Below are positions 1-9,608 of a stretch of DNA of 64,000 nt, piece after piece. How positions within the stretch are numbered: position 1 is the stretch's first letter; every line of letters begins with the position of its first letter. Source of the DNA: an uncultured Candidatus Saccharibacteria bacterium. Lineage in GTDB: Bacteria > Patescibacteriota > Minisyncoccia > Phycocordibacterales > UBA918. Location: NCBI GenBank assembly GCA_964350645.1, contig CAYGJY010000001.1, positions 326,648 to 390,647 of the forward strand, read 5' to 3'. The notes under the pieces are model-generated. The model searched no databases. It saw nothing but the letters and a program-made list of their open reading frames with translations, and was not told where the DNA came from. The position numbers and the translations under genes were made by a program.

Positions 1-1
1 G

Positions 2-724
2 ACCTTCAAATCCACCAGTAAATTGTTCTTGATTTTCTGCATAGATATTCTTGAAAAGATCAGTAAAGCCGCCCTCTTTATAGCCTGGTACAGTGAAGCG
101 TGTTCCTGCTACTTTATTATATTGTTCTCCCGTTCCATCTGAGAAAACATCAGCTTGAATTTGACCCGGAACTTGCTGCCCGCCACTTATGCCGGCTGCA
201 GGTACAACAGCCGATTCGGTAATTCGGTAAATTAATCCATCTGGTGACTCAAAGCGGGTATTTTTTATTAAGCGTTCAGCACTGTCAGAATTATTGTAGA
301 TAGTAATTCGTCCAATTGCCTGATCACTCACCTCGTCTTGGCCAGTTGCTGTAACTTGACGTTCACCTTCAGCCTCAAGGGTCATGATTTCATAGGTAAG
401 TTCTCCCGCAGTCGGTGTGCGGTAGGCAGTAAAGGACGCGTTCACATTTGGTTCTCGATTGCGAGGATAAATGGTGAGGTCTGCCCCACCCAAGAGTATA
501 CTAGTGATAAATCCAACACCAAAAATAGCAAAGAAAAGTGCGAAAGCTATAACGTATCGTGATCTATTTTTAGCCCGGCCATCCCGCACTCCGATGCGAA
601 CAGTGCCGTCGTCTTCAGCAGTTACTTCATGTTCACGAGAGCGAACCATGTCTGGTGGGGGTTGGGTACGTCTTTTTCTTGGCTGTGACGGTTTAATGTC
701 TTGAAGATTCCACTTTTTATCCAT
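2..724 (-). CDS. Membrane-anchored baseplate J/gp47-like protein (CPR-type), runs off the window edge
   Basis: Not in the ORF track. Manual translation from ATG 724: MDKKWNLQDIKP..., one TM (YVIAFALFFAIFGVGFITSILLGG), then AIGRITIYNN...LIKNTRFESPDGLIYR...GEQYN...FTGG, which resembles baseplate-J-like beta domains. TATACT lies just upstream of the ATG. Confidence 0.6.
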   Translation of the reverse strand, partial: MDKKWNLQDIKPSQPRKRRTQPPPDMVRSREHEVTAEDDGTVRIGVRDGRAKNRSRYVIAFALFFAIFGVGFITSILLGGADLTIYPRNREPNVNASFTAYRTPTAGELTYEIMTLEAEGERQVTATGQDEVSDQAIGRITIYNNSDSAERLIKNTRFESPDGLIYRITESAVVPAAGISGGQQVPGQIQADVFSDGTGEQYNKVAGTRFTVPGYKEGGFTDLFKNIYAENQEQFTGGFEG

Positions 725-741
725 AGTATCAAGTATACAGT

Positions 742-1935
742 TTACAGCTGCTCAAAGGTAGCGCAGTTCTCCGGATTGTGGAAAAAGTGCGCTGATAGCA
801 GTATGGCCGTGTCGTTGAGCTGATGATCCGGCAGTAACTTACTGGTAATGAGGTGGATACCATGTTCAGCTTTGGTAGCTTTGTGAGCAGCCTGCTTAAC
901 AATGTCTGAAAAGAAAGTCTCACATCTATCATCGGTATGAATAAACAACGGCCGAGGAATCGCTAGTTGATCACCCGTACGTTTAAACAAGGTGGCTATT
1001 TCTTCGATAAATGCATCTATCACTACCTGGAGTTCAGATTTTTTAGCTTCAGAGAGAGTTTCTACAAAGGTTGTGTTTCCACGTATAAACCCCAGAGCTT
1101 CTTCATGAGGGATATCACAGAGCGCTGCTATGTCTCTAGCTAGGGTATATATGCCAGATGGTGTATGTGTTGTGTAACGAAGTACGCCATCGCGGACGAT
1201 ACCAATTTCTGTTGCTTCAGAGGTGATATCGATCAGACAAACTTCGGTTGTGTCCGGGCGCATTTTTTGTAAAACGCAATAGAAAATGAGCATGAACGTG
1301 TAGCGCTCAAGTATTACGCTTGGTAATACTTTTTCTTTAGATTCCCTGATTGCATCAAGCAATTTTTTTTGTGAGATACCGCTAACGTGTGTGACGCTCA
1401 GCTTCTCTGCAGTTTGCCCGTAGACGCTACCGACGTTGTAGTCGTTAGCTGAGACATGGATAGTTGCACGAGTAATAAGTTCTAAACCCAATTTTTTTAT
1501 AAGATCATCTTCATCAATCAAGTCAATTGCTTGCTTTTGAGCTGTCTCGATGAGTTCTGTTACAAGACGCTTGGTAATTTCAAATGGCTCATCTTTGTGG
1601 TACGAGACAGATTTTGTGACGGTGTATGACCAGGGTGCAGAAATAGCTATTTGCATAGTCGCAACTTTAGCGTGTGAATCGTGTTGTTTAAGAGACTGAA
1701 TTCCTTCGCTGCCAAGTATCAGCATACAATTGACAAGTGTGGTAGTAATATTTTTAGAGCTATCTGTCGCAGCACTGTCTTTCTTTAGGATCATCCGTTC
1801 ACGATGTGTCCAAATTATTTCAGGACTATTTTCAAGTGGGTCTGAGGCTACAATAGCTAAACCAACGCTGCCTGAACCAATGTCAACAACTACACCATAG
1901 CGTCCATCTGGACCGTGCTTACCTAGACCGAACAT
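742..1935 (-). CDS. FtsA/PilM-like actin-fold protein
   Basis: VVVDIGSGSVG phosphate-1 motif and LIDITSEATEIGIVRDG phosphate-2-like motif. Start moved to ATG 1935 (MFGLGK), 8 nt after TATACT. Confidence 0.6.
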   Translation of the reverse strand: MFGLGKHGPDGRYGVVVDIGSGSVGLAIVASDPLENSPEIIWTHRERMILKKDSAATDSSKNITTTLVNCMLILGSEGIQSLKQHDSHAKVATMQIAISAPWSYTVTKSVSYHKDEPFEITKRLVTELIETAQKQAIDLIDEDDLIKKLGLELITRATIHVSANDYNVGSVYGQTAEKLSVTHVSGISQKKLLDAIRESKEKVLPSVILERYTFMLIFYCVLQKMRPDTTEVCLIDITSEATEIGIVRDGVLRYTTHTPSGIYTLARDIAALCDIPHEEALGFIRGNTTFVETLSEAKKSELQVVIDAFIEEIATLFKRTGDQLAIPRPLFIHTDDRCETFFSDIVKQAAHKATKAEHGIHLITSKLLPDHQLNDTAILLSAHFFHNPENCATFEQL

Positions 1936-1953
1936 ATGTCTTAAGTATAGCAA

Positions 1954-1976
1954 GAGCGCGGCCTTCGGCCGCGCTC
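1954..1976. terminator. Perfect 10-bp GC-rich hairpin after alaS
   Basis: GAGCGCGGCC-TTC-GGCCGCGCTC. Confidence 0.65.
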
Positions 1977-1998
1977 GACTATCCCCTGTTCTCTAAGT

Positions 1999-3939
1999 CT
2001 ACTCTAAGATTGCCTTGATGCGACGGACGCCAGCGGAAGATGATTCTTCTTTTTTGATTTTGAACGTGCCTTCAATTGATTCTAAAGTGTCAACGTGTGG
2101 ACCACCACACAGTTCTCGTGAAAAAATAGTGCCATCATGACCGGTCATGGTGTATACCTTTACTTCGTCCGGATATCGATCCCAGAAACTGGCTTCGATT
2201 GTTGCGTCGGCTTGAGCCACATCTTTAGGCATAATTTCAGTACTCACGGTACCGCCAGTTTTGATGGCGTTATTTACCCATTCTTCTATCTTATCTAAGC
2301 TCTCTCGCTCAACTTTTTCTCCATGAGTGAAGTCAAATCGTAAACGTTCCCCAGTGATGTTTGATCCAGCTTGATGGACGTGGTCGCCAAGGAAATGGCG
2401 CAAGGCGGCAAGCATTAAGTGGGTTGCGGTGTGGTATTGAACAACTTTGTCTGACTGATCAGCTAGTCCACCCTTAAATTTCTGTTCTGCACCAGCTCTA
2501 GATTTCTCTCGATGTTCTTCCATAAGTTTGGCAAAACCTTTTAGGTCAACCACTAAGCCTTTTTCTGTAGCAATTTCTTCAGTAAGCTCAATTGGAAAAC
2601 CGTAAGTAGTGAAGAGTTCGAATGCGTTTTGGGCGCTAATCGCCTTAACTTTAGTGGGCTCTTTTGCTGTATCAGGAACTCTAGCTCCGTCAACTTCTTT
2701 ACTAGCAAGATGTATCTGAACGTCGATTTTATTAAATTGCTTGAGTCCCTTTTCAAGTGTTTTACGAAATTGCTCTTCTTCGGCTGCAATAGCAGCTTTG
2801 ATGTCGTCGGCTTTTTCTCCCAAGGCGCCATAATGGTGTTTATAGGTATCAATGACACTTTGAGACAAGCTTTTGAACTCGCCTGGTGCTACTCCGAGGG
2901 TATCTGCGTAGCGGACTGCACGTCTAAGAAGTCGTCGAACAAAATAACCTTGTTCGGTATTACTTGGGAGTACGCCATCGCCAATCATGAAGACAGCTCC
3001 ACGAATGTGGTCAGTGACTACTCGAAAGGCTTCTTGGTCATCTTCATATTTTTTATCAGCCAAGGTTTGTAGTTGTTCTACTACTGTCCACAAAAGATCA
3101 ACTTTAAACATGTCGGGAGAATCAATTGCTGCCGCAGCAATGCGCTCTAATCCCCCACCGAAGTCAACATTTTGAGCCGGAAGTGGTTCAAAACCGTTTT
3201 CAGTTTTGAGGTATTCCATAAATACGGAGTTACCAATCTCCATGAAGCGACCGCAGTCACAGTTCGGATGACAGTGCTCGCCCCACTTTGGATCGTGTTC
3301 AATTTGAGTAAATTCATAAAAGACTTCGCTGTCTCCTCCACCAATTTCTCCAATTGGCATATTTTCTGGCTTGCCTGCTCGACTCCACCAGTTTTTAGAG
3401 CCGTCGTAATAGAAAATTCTTTCCCCTTTTTTCATTCCTCGAGTGTAGCCATCTGCTTCAGAACCGATTTCAGCTACTTCTTTTGAAACATTGCGTTCAG
3501 TGAAAAGTCGTTGCCAAATCTCAACCGCTTCGGTGTCTTTTGGTACACCAGCAGAATCATCGCCCATGAAGGCTGTGACGTAGAGACGTTCTGGATCGAG
3601 ACCAACTTCGTCAACCAGAAAGCTGTAAAACCAAGGTAGTTGCTCTTGCTTAAAGTAGTCTCCGAGTGACCAGTTACCAAGCATTTCAAAGAACGTCGTA
3701 TGACGATTGTCACCTACTTCTTCAATATCCTCTGCTCGAAAGCATTTCTGTGAGTCAGTGATACGGGTGCCTTTAGGATGCTTTTCCCCCATAAGATACG
3801 GCACAAGGGGTTGCATACCACTACCAGTAAACAGAGTGGTTGGATCATTTTCAGGCACTAGTGCTGACGAGGGCACGATGGCGTGACCATTTTTTGCCAT
3901 GAAAGCAAGATATTTTTCACGAATTTGATTACCTGACAC
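1999..3939 (-). CDS. alaS: Alanine--tRNA ligase, short form without C-Ala domain
   Basis: DPTTLFTGSGMQ, RHTTFFEMLGNWS and VDFGGGLERI motifs; editing motifs HTATH and ELCGGPH; ends at GVRRIKAILE. Likely GTG start at 3939. Confidence 0.97.
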   Translation of the reverse strand: MSGNQIREKYLAFMAKNGHAIVPSSALVPENDPTTLFTGSGMQPLVPYLMGEKHPKGTRITDSQKCFRAEDIEEVGDNRHTTFFEMLGNWSLGDYFKQEQLPWFYSFLVDEVGLDPERLYVTAFMGDDSAGVPKDTEAVEIWQRLFTERNVSKEVAEIGSEADGYTRGMKKGERIFYYDGSKNWWSRAGKPENMPIGEIGGGDSEVFYEFTQIEHDPKWGEHCHPNCDCGRFMEIGNSVFMEYLKTENGFEPLPAQNVDFGGGLERIAAAAIDSPDMFKVDLLWTVVEQLQTLADKKYEDDQEAFRVVTDHIRGAVFMIGDGVLPSNTEQGYFVRRLLRRAVRYADTLGVAPGEFKSLSQSVIDTYKHHYGALGEKADDIKAAIAAEEEQFRKTLEKGLKQFNKIDVQIHLASKEVDGARVPDTAKEPTKVKAISAQNAFELFTTYGFPIELTEEIATEKGLVVDLKGFAKLMEEHREKSRAGAEQKFKGGLADQSDKVVQYHTATHLMLAALRHFLGDHVHQAGSNITGERLRFDFTHGEKVERESLDKIEEWVNNAIKTGGTVSTEIMPKDVAQADATIEASFWDRYPDEVKVYTMTGHDGTIFSRELCGGPHVDTLESIEGTFKIKKEESSSAGVRRIKAILE

Positions 3940-3988
3940 AGTTAAAATGTTAGACCAACAATGGCTTAAAATATAGCATAGATGCAAT

Positions 3989-4264
3989 TTATTGCGAGAG
4001 AGCCGTCATGACGTTTGCAAAGCACGTGTCTCCTGAACAATCGGAAAAGGGTGTGAACCCATAGAAATAGATTTCTAGAGTGTATCCAAAAACTATTAAT
4101 ACAATACCTGCTAGTGTCAGTACTCGCTCAACTTTGAATGATTTCAACACCTTTTTATCAATACGATGTTCGTGCGCAATTTCGCTGTGAGCAATAATGA
4201 CGCCAGCTGCCAGCAAGATTTTTCCAATAACACTAACTGTTAATCCCCAAAATAATAGAATCAT
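3989..4264 (-). CDS. Small two-TM membrane protein
   Basis: 91 aa with two hydrophobic segments; TATAAT upstream. Confidence 0.6.
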   Translation of the reverse strand: MILLFWGLTVSVIGKILLAAGVIIAHSEIAHEHRIDKKVLKSFKVERVLTLAGIVLIVFGYTLEIYFYGFTPFSDCSGDTCFANVMTALSQ

Positions 4265-4282
4265 ATTATGTCAATATTATAG

Positions 4283-6118
4283 TTATTTTTTCTGGTTCAC
4301 CAAGTTCGAAAATGTATAAACGTCGTTTTCAAGTTGTTTAAGACCTGCTTCGAAAGAGCTAATCTTGTTAGTTTGAATTCCAATAGCTTTGAAGATATTA
4401 GCAACTGTGTCTGATTTCCCGGCACACAAGAAGGAATCTATTTGTTCGATATAATTTGGATCTTGGTAGTACTTCTCTGCCATAACATTGCTCATCAAAA
4501 TCCCAAAGGTGTAGGTGTAGACATAAAAACCATACCGAATATGTGACCAATACACATAACTATACCCGTCTTCCGGGCTTACTGTTACTCCCTCACCAAC
4601 ATAGGCTTTAAGGTGTTTTTGCATGAGATCACGCATTTCGATTCGCGTTAGACTACCTTCGGTCCGGATTCGGTTATGTAATTCGAGTTCATAATTGAAG
4701 CAGGCAATCTGACGCTGAATTGTTGCAATATTTTGAGCCACACGTTCATGTAGTAACACAATTTTTTGACTGGCATTTGCCTGTTCATAGAATTTTTTAA
4801 ATACGAAGTTTTCGAATAATGTACTAGCTGTTTCAGCGGTTGTGATTGAGTGGCCTTGATACAAAGGTGACTGAGTCTTACTGCGTTCACCATGGATTGC
4901 ATGACCCATCTCGTGCGCGAGGGTCTGTAATGAGCGGATATCATTAGTGTGGTTGAGAAAGACTTTAGTTGGCAAGTTCACAGAGTCAGACATGAAAGCA
5001 CCACCACGTTTCCCTTTACGGGGATACACATCAATCTGACCATTAACAAGCATGTTGTCAAAAATCTGACCGTATTCGGTCTTGAGACCATAAAACACAT
5101 CACGACAAATGTCGACAGCTTGGTCAAAAGTAATTACTGGAGTTTCCCCAATAGAATCGTACTTTTGCGAGTAGTCGAGAGTTGGTACGCCATGAAAAGT
5201 CGCTTTTGCTTTATAGAACTTTCGACTGAGTGCAAAACCTTTTGTACTTACAGCTGCTACGAGTGCTTCAATGCTTTTTTGGTCATCTTCGTAGGAAAGA
5301 ACGGTCTCACTGTATGGTAATGAGAAATGACGTAATTCATCTTCAGTTTTCTTGGTGGTAATAACCGCGTTGAGCTCGTGTTCTGCTACCTCGCTGATTT
5401 GCTCTAGTTCAGATAAAACTAATCGCCAGAAAGTAGGCTTTTCTTTTGAAGGTAAGCTGTTGAGTCGTTCTAGAGCTTCATTGATTGGGATTGATTCTTT
5501 TTTGTAGACGATACTTCGATTACTAATAATTTTCTCAGTGGCAGCAACCCACATGCCACTGGCTGGACCTGCTGTCAGATTGAGAATCCGTTCTTCTGCT
5601 TCAGATAGGTTGTGTTTAGCTTCCAGAAAGACTCTAGACAGATAGTAATGAAAGGGTTGTAAAGTAGTGTCGTTCAATAATTTTTTCTGGTCAGCCTTTG
5701 AAATTTTGCCCAGTTCAAGTTCAAAAAACAATAGTTCGTTGCCAGCCTTTGTGAGGCGTTCTGAAATCAAAGCTAGCTGCTTCTCGGCAACGTCGTCGTT
5801 GGCGTTGACCGCATGACGGAATCCAAAATACCTCCCTGGTTTACTAGTCTCAGGCATTGCTGCAAGCCTAGTAAGATCAACAAGAGCTTTGGTTAGTGTT
5901 TTGGTTGAGGTAGCGAAATCACTTCCACGGTAGCGTTTGGCAAAGTGTTTGTAAGCAGTAATGGTTTTCTTTAGATCAGCTTCGATTTGTGGGTCTTTGT
6001 CATTTTTGTAATATAAGGCTTTAAAATCCCATTCCGTTTTGATCTTACCAAGTTTTGGTAAGGTTGATGTCGGTTCGTACTTAAAAGGCTTCCCGGTCTT
6101 CTTTGGTTTTTTTGACAT
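4283..6118 (-). CDS. pepF: M3B family oligoendopeptidase (PepF-like)
   Basis: TLAHEMGHAIH (HExxH), AETASTLFE, GKRGGAF, HIRYGFYVYTY. Confidence 0.9.
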   Translation of the reverse strand: MSKKPKKTGKPFKYEPTSTLPKLGKIKTEWDFKALYYKNDKDPQIEADLKKTITAYKHFAKRYRGSDFATSTKTLTKALVDLTRLAAMPETSKPGRYFGFRHAVNANDDVAEKQLALISERLTKAGNELLFFELELGKISKADQKKLLNDTTLQPFHYYLSRVFLEAKHNLSEAEERILNLTAGPASGMWVAATEKIISNRSIVYKKESIPINEALERLNSLPSKEKPTFWRLVLSELEQISEVAEHELNAVITTKKTEDELRHFSLPYSETVLSYEDDQKSIEALVAAVSTKGFALSRKFYKAKATFHGVPTLDYSQKYDSIGETPVITFDQAVDICRDVFYGLKTEYGQIFDNMLVNGQIDVYPRKGKRGGAFMSDSVNLPTKVFLNHTNDIRSLQTLAHEMGHAIHGERSKTQSPLYQGHSITTAETASTLFENFVFKKFYEQANASQKIVLLHERVAQNIATIQRQIACFNYELELHNRIRTEGSLTRIEMRDLMQKHLKAYVGEGVTVSPEDGYSYVYWSHIRYGFYVYTYTFGILMSNVMAEKYYQDPNYIEQIDSFLCAGKSDTVANIFKAIGIQTNKISSFEAGLKQLENDVYTFSNLVNQKK

Positions 6119-6683
6119 CTAAAATAAAGTTTTTATATTCGGTATAAACATGGTTGAACTCATGAATAATATCATTTTTAAGGCGTGAGTTGAGGACATT
6201 ACTGATGTCTTGATACATCAGGAGACGATCATCAAGGGTTCCTTTAAATTCCTGCATAAAGCGTGAATGGTCATCGAAGTATTCCTCCACGATCGTACGC
6301 ATATTATGGATTTTATCAGCAGCAGAAATTATAAGAGCCGGATCTGAGGCTTTTTTAAGTTTCTTGGCATAGTGTTTTTTTTGTTCTAACCACGAATGTT
6401 TTTTAGTGTCGGTATCTTGCGGTTCTGACAAATCAACAATGATATCGCGCACGTCGCCACCAAAATCTTCGACGAGTTCATCCTCAGTATAATCAGTGTC
6501 TTCTAGTGTGTCATGAAGCAGGGACGCTATTAGTGTGTCCTCGTCGTCAGAGTAATCGCGGACAATCATCATAACGGCCATCAGATGGGTAATGTATGGC
6601 AATGGCACCGAACCTTTACGAAGCTGATTCTTGTGCAAAATTGCCGCAGCACGAATGGCTTGTTCGATTCGGTAGGTGTACAT
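6081..6683 (-). CDS. Stand-alone HD-domain protein, Mesh1/small alarmone hydrolase-like
   Basis: HKNQLRK...PYITH, LLHDTLEDT and ADKIHN motifs of the RelA/SpoT hydrolase domain. Confidence 0.8.
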   Translation of the reverse strand: MYTYRIEQAIRAAAILHKNQLRKGSVPLPYITHLMAVMMIVRDYSDDEDTLIASLLHDTLEDTDYTEDELVEDFGGDVRDIIVDLSEPQDTDTKKHSWLEQKKHYAKKLKKASDPALIISAADKIHNMRTIVEEYFDDHSRFMQEFKGTLDDRLLMYQDISNVLNSRLKNDIIHEFNHVYTEYKNFILDVKKTKEDREAF

Positions 6684-6684
6684 C

Positions 6685-7062
6685 TTAGTTTCTTGCTTTT
6701 CTAATAGCTTTAATTAACTGCTCCGCTGGAGCTTCAAGTGCTGCAATAATAGCTTTATTTGTGTCAACTTCACGACGCGCTTTATCTGCGGCAACTACAA
6801 TACTCTTAGTATCGTCATACTCTCGTTGCAGCTGGTTCTTTATACGGCTATCTTCTTCATTTTTAATTTGGACTTCGAGATCCTTTTGCTCTTTTATGAG
6901 CTGTGGCAACTCTTTGGCTAAATCTCTATCAGCATCGGCTTTTTTAACAAATGCTTCAACTCCAGCTATTAATTCAAGAAGAGCTGTGCTGCGCGCAGTT
7001 TGGCCACCTGATCTATTTATTACTTCAATTGCTTTTCTGGCTGCATCTTTCGCTGTAGACAT
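6685..7062 (-). CDS. Hypothetical coiled-coil protein
   Basis: 125 aa, Ala/Lys/Glu-rich and helical; packed 1-2 bp from both neighbours. Confidence 0.6.
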   Translation of the reverse strand: MSTAKDAARKAIEVINRSGGQTARSTALLELIAGVEAFVKKADADRDLAKELPQLIKEQKDLEVQIKNEEDSRIKNQLQREYDDTKSIVVAADKARREVDTNKAIIAALEAPAEQLIKAIRKARN

Positions 7063-7064
7063 AT

Positions 7065-7325
7065 TTAATTCAATTTAACTCCTTCTTGCAATAATAGCGC
7101 ACGTTTCTTTTCTATACCACCGCGGTTATAGCCACCTAAGGTGCCATCTGTACGGATTACCCGATGGCATGGTATCTCAGGAGCGTAGTTTGCTGCCATG
7201 ATGTTGGCCACTGCGCGAGCGGCTTGTGGGTTGCCAGCCTTCTCGGCTACTTGTTTGTAGGTTAGCACCTCACCCTTAGGTATGTTTCTAACAATGTCTC
7301 TGACTTTGTCGGCAAAAGTCTCCAT
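7065..7325 (-). CDS. Minimal O6-methylguanine-DNA methyltransferase (C-terminal domain only)
   Basis: IPKGEVLTY, AARAV arginine finger, PCHRVI active-site Cys, KRALLLQEG. Confidence 0.9.
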   Translation of the reverse strand: METFADKVRDIVRNIPKGEVLTYKQVAEKAGNPQAARAVANIMAANYAPEIPCHRVIRTDGTLGGYNRGGIEKKRALLLQEGVKLN

Positions 7326-7328
7326 ATA

Positions 7329-8111
7329 CTATTTTTTTGTGTTATGAATAGCAAGAAGTTTTTTACCACAGGCTTCACGGTATGGACAAAATTCACAGGC
7401 AGAGCCAGTTTCAGGAAACATATCTGAATTAAGACAGGCTTTTATACTTTTTAGTGTCTCAGGTATCCAGTCGAGTTCAGCGGTAACCGGCACGAGGGTG
7501 GTTTCAAAAACAAGTTTGTCATCAAAAGCATCGACTGCTTTGTCGGCGTTAGCATAGACTAAGTAGCCAAGTTCTTCGGTCTCAAAACCATTCGCTTCTA
7601 ATAGCCAGCGATACACCCCAAGTTGACGCTTATATTGAGCTTCCCAGGGGCTGTCACCTAGTGCTTCGATTGTGCCTTCCTTTGAAGTAGACTTATAATC
7701 AACCACTATAAGCGAACCTGTTGGTGTCACCCAGATATCATCGATTGCACCGCTGACTACAAGGCCAGTTTCAGAATCGGTAGTTTCGATGCCTTCAAAA
7801 TTTTCGCGCCACGTGTCCATGTTTTTATGAGCAAAAGGAACCGCGTTGATCTTGTATTTTTCCATTATAGGATGCGGGGTAGCGGCTGTACGATGAACAT
7901 CGAATTCCTTTTTAAACAATTCATCAACAGCAATGTTGAGATTAAACGATGGAAAACCAGGACGTTTAGTACCAAGTTTATTGTCAATATAAAAGCACCG
8001 CGGGCACTCCATAAAGAAATCAATTTTTGAACGTGAAAGACGCCATTTTGCGCCACCGTAATTCCATTCTGAACTGCGATTTGGATTGTATTTGTATGTG
8101 TATTCTGCCAT
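7329..8111 (-). CDS. PD-(D/E)XK nuclease (AddB/Cas4-like, probable Fe-S)
   Basis: SRSKI...CPRC, GAIDD...VVDYKS, QLGVY, CEFCPY. Confidence 0.85.
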   Translation of the reverse strand: MAEYTYKYNPNRSSEWNYGGAKWRLSRSKIDFFMECPRCFYIDNKLGTKRPGFPSFNLNIAVDELFKKEFDVHRTAATPHPIMEKYKINAVPFAHKNMDTWRENFEGIETTDSETGLVVSGAIDDIWVTPTGSLIVVDYKSTSKEGTIEALGDSPWEAQYKRQLGVYRWLLEANGFETEELGYLVYANADKAVDAFDDKLVFETTLVPVTAELDWIPETLKSIKACLNSDMFPETGSACEFCPYREACGKKLLAIHNTKK

Positions 8112-8124
8112 TGACTTAGTATAC

Positions 8125-8167
8125 CAGACACAAAAAAAGCCGGTTGTGCCGGCTTTTTTTGTGTCTG
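8125..8167. terminator. Bidirectional intrinsic terminator, perfect 19-bp arms
   Basis: CAGACACAAAAAAAGCCGG-TTGTG-CCGGCTTTTTTTGTGTCTG. Confidence 0.85.
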
Positions 8168-8175
8168 TGTAAAGA

Positions 8176-8718
8176 CTACTTGGCTACAAAAGTTTCAACT
8201 GCCCCACTTACTTGGACATCTTCAGCTAGGTTGAAAACGCGATCACCATTTTCGCTGTAGAATACAACAGCGTAGGTATTTCCGGGTTCTGTTGCTCGTT
8301 GTAGAACGATTGATTGCGGCACAAGACCTTGTTCTTGACTGTATCGAACAACTCCGAGCAGACCAGCAAGCTGGCCATCAGCGTAGTCACGAACTCCGAT
8401 CCAGCCCTCATCTGATGGGAACGTAGCCCCAGCGAGTGATACTTCAAGACCAGCATCTTGATCCATGACTGAAGCGTCGCCGTCGCCTACAGGAAGCTCT
8501 GCAACTGGAGTGCTAGGAACAGCTGTGTCTGAGTCACTATCTTCTGAATCAGTACCACCTTCCATCATTTCACTTTCTTCAACTGAATCGTCATGATCCA
8601 TATGTTCTTTTGCTTCCGGTGAACCACTAAATACCCATACGAGCAAACCTCCAATAAGGAGACCGGCAATAAATGCTACGACGGTCTTCTGGCTTTCTTG
8701 CTTTTCTTGTTCTGACAT
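8176..8718 (-). CDS. Membrane-anchored hypothetical protein
   Basis: N-terminal TM, acidic linker, beta-rich C-terminal domain. Confidence 0.7.
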   Translation of the reverse strand: MSEQEKQESQKTVVAFIAGLLIGGLLVWVFSGSPEAKEHMDHDDSVEESEMMEGGTDSEDSDSDTAVPSTPVAELPVGDGDASVMDQDAGLEVSLAGATFPSDEGWIGVRDYADGQLAGLLGVVRYSQEQGLVPQSIVLQRATEPGNTYAVVFYSENGDRVFNLAEDVQVSGAVETFVAK

Positions 8719-8774
8719 ATTGAAATCTGAATATTATTCGCTAAATTGCTTTTATAGCGCGATTATAGCAGGTT

Positions 8775-9608
8775 TTAGTCAGAGTTACATAGTTGACGAG
8801 CCTCAGAAAGTACTGCCTCAGTTTTTTTGGTACCAATATGCGCGTGACGCAATAAGTGTGGTTTATTGATAATATCACTACAAATAATGGCCCCACGTTT
8901 TATTAAAGCTTGTTTTTGAGCGCTTGAAAGTGTCTGTAAGACGGTAATCGGATAAAGACCAGCTCGTTGGATACGATCGTGCAGATTATCATGATGTGGA
9001 TAATCCCAACTGAGTAACTTTAACCCCACACACTCAGCATAACGCTCAGCTGTTGAAGTGAATTTTGTGTTAGTGGCAATCCAGAGTTCGCGTATGCCAC
9101 AAATATCTTTGTTACAAATCTTTATACCAGTGAGATCTAGCATGCGAGCATATGAATAGAGAGCTACTTGAAGATCAGATTTAACTCCAGGACGGGAATG
9201 AAATTTAGCTTCCATCACAAAACTATGGTCTTCTTTGTAGGCGACAACGTCGATTTCATGTTCGACACACTTTCCAGTTAGTGTCTGGCGAGTTCTGGTA
9301 GTGTATCCTTCGCGCTCTATTAAGCGAGCCATAAAATCTTCAAATGGAAAACCAGTTGGCCCTAAATTGAATAAAGCTCTCCGAAGTGAATAACGAGCTG
9401 CAACCGGTACTTCATTTTCGCGCAGGAGTGCAAATGCTTGGCTATATATCTCTTGGGTTTTAATTCCATCGTATAGCTGAGCCTCGATATGACGTACGAT
9501 TTCGCTCACTTCGTCTTTCGTTGCCCCAGATCGTCGTAATGATTTTTTTAATTTTTCAACTCGAAAGGTCTCGATGTTACCGTCGGCTTTAAGTACTTGT
9601 ACAGACAT
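8775..9608 (-). CDS. ATP-cone plus Mrr-like restriction-endonuclease-fold protein
   Basis: VLKADGNIETFRVEKLKKSL...GIKTQEIY (ATP cone); FEDFMARL...HEIDV...MEAKFH...ATNTKFT (PD-(D/E)XK). The ATG overlaps the mnmA stop (TAATG). Confidence 0.8.
   Translation of the reverse strand: MSVQVLKADGNIETFRVEKLKKSLRRSGATKDEVSEIVRHIEAQLYDGIKTQEIYSQAFALLRENEVPVAARYSLRRALFNLGPTGFPFEDFMARLIEREGYTTRTRQTLTGKCVEHEIDVVAYKEDHSFVMEAKFHSRPGVKSDLQVALYSYARMLDLTGIKICNKDICGIRELWIATNTKFTSTAERYAECVGLKLLSWDYPHHDNLHDRIQRAGLYPITVLQTLSSAQKQALIKRGAIICSDIINKPHLLRHAHIGTKKTEAVLSEARQLCNSD

Noticed and set aside
2-724. Prophage or T6SS baseplate
   Set aside because: The protein has a TM anchor and housekeeping neighbours, and no other structural genes are in the window.
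7329-8111. Cas4 / CRISPR-Cas system
   Set aside because: No cas1 or cas2 and no repeat-spacer array is visible; this is a solo PD-(D/E)XK nuclease.
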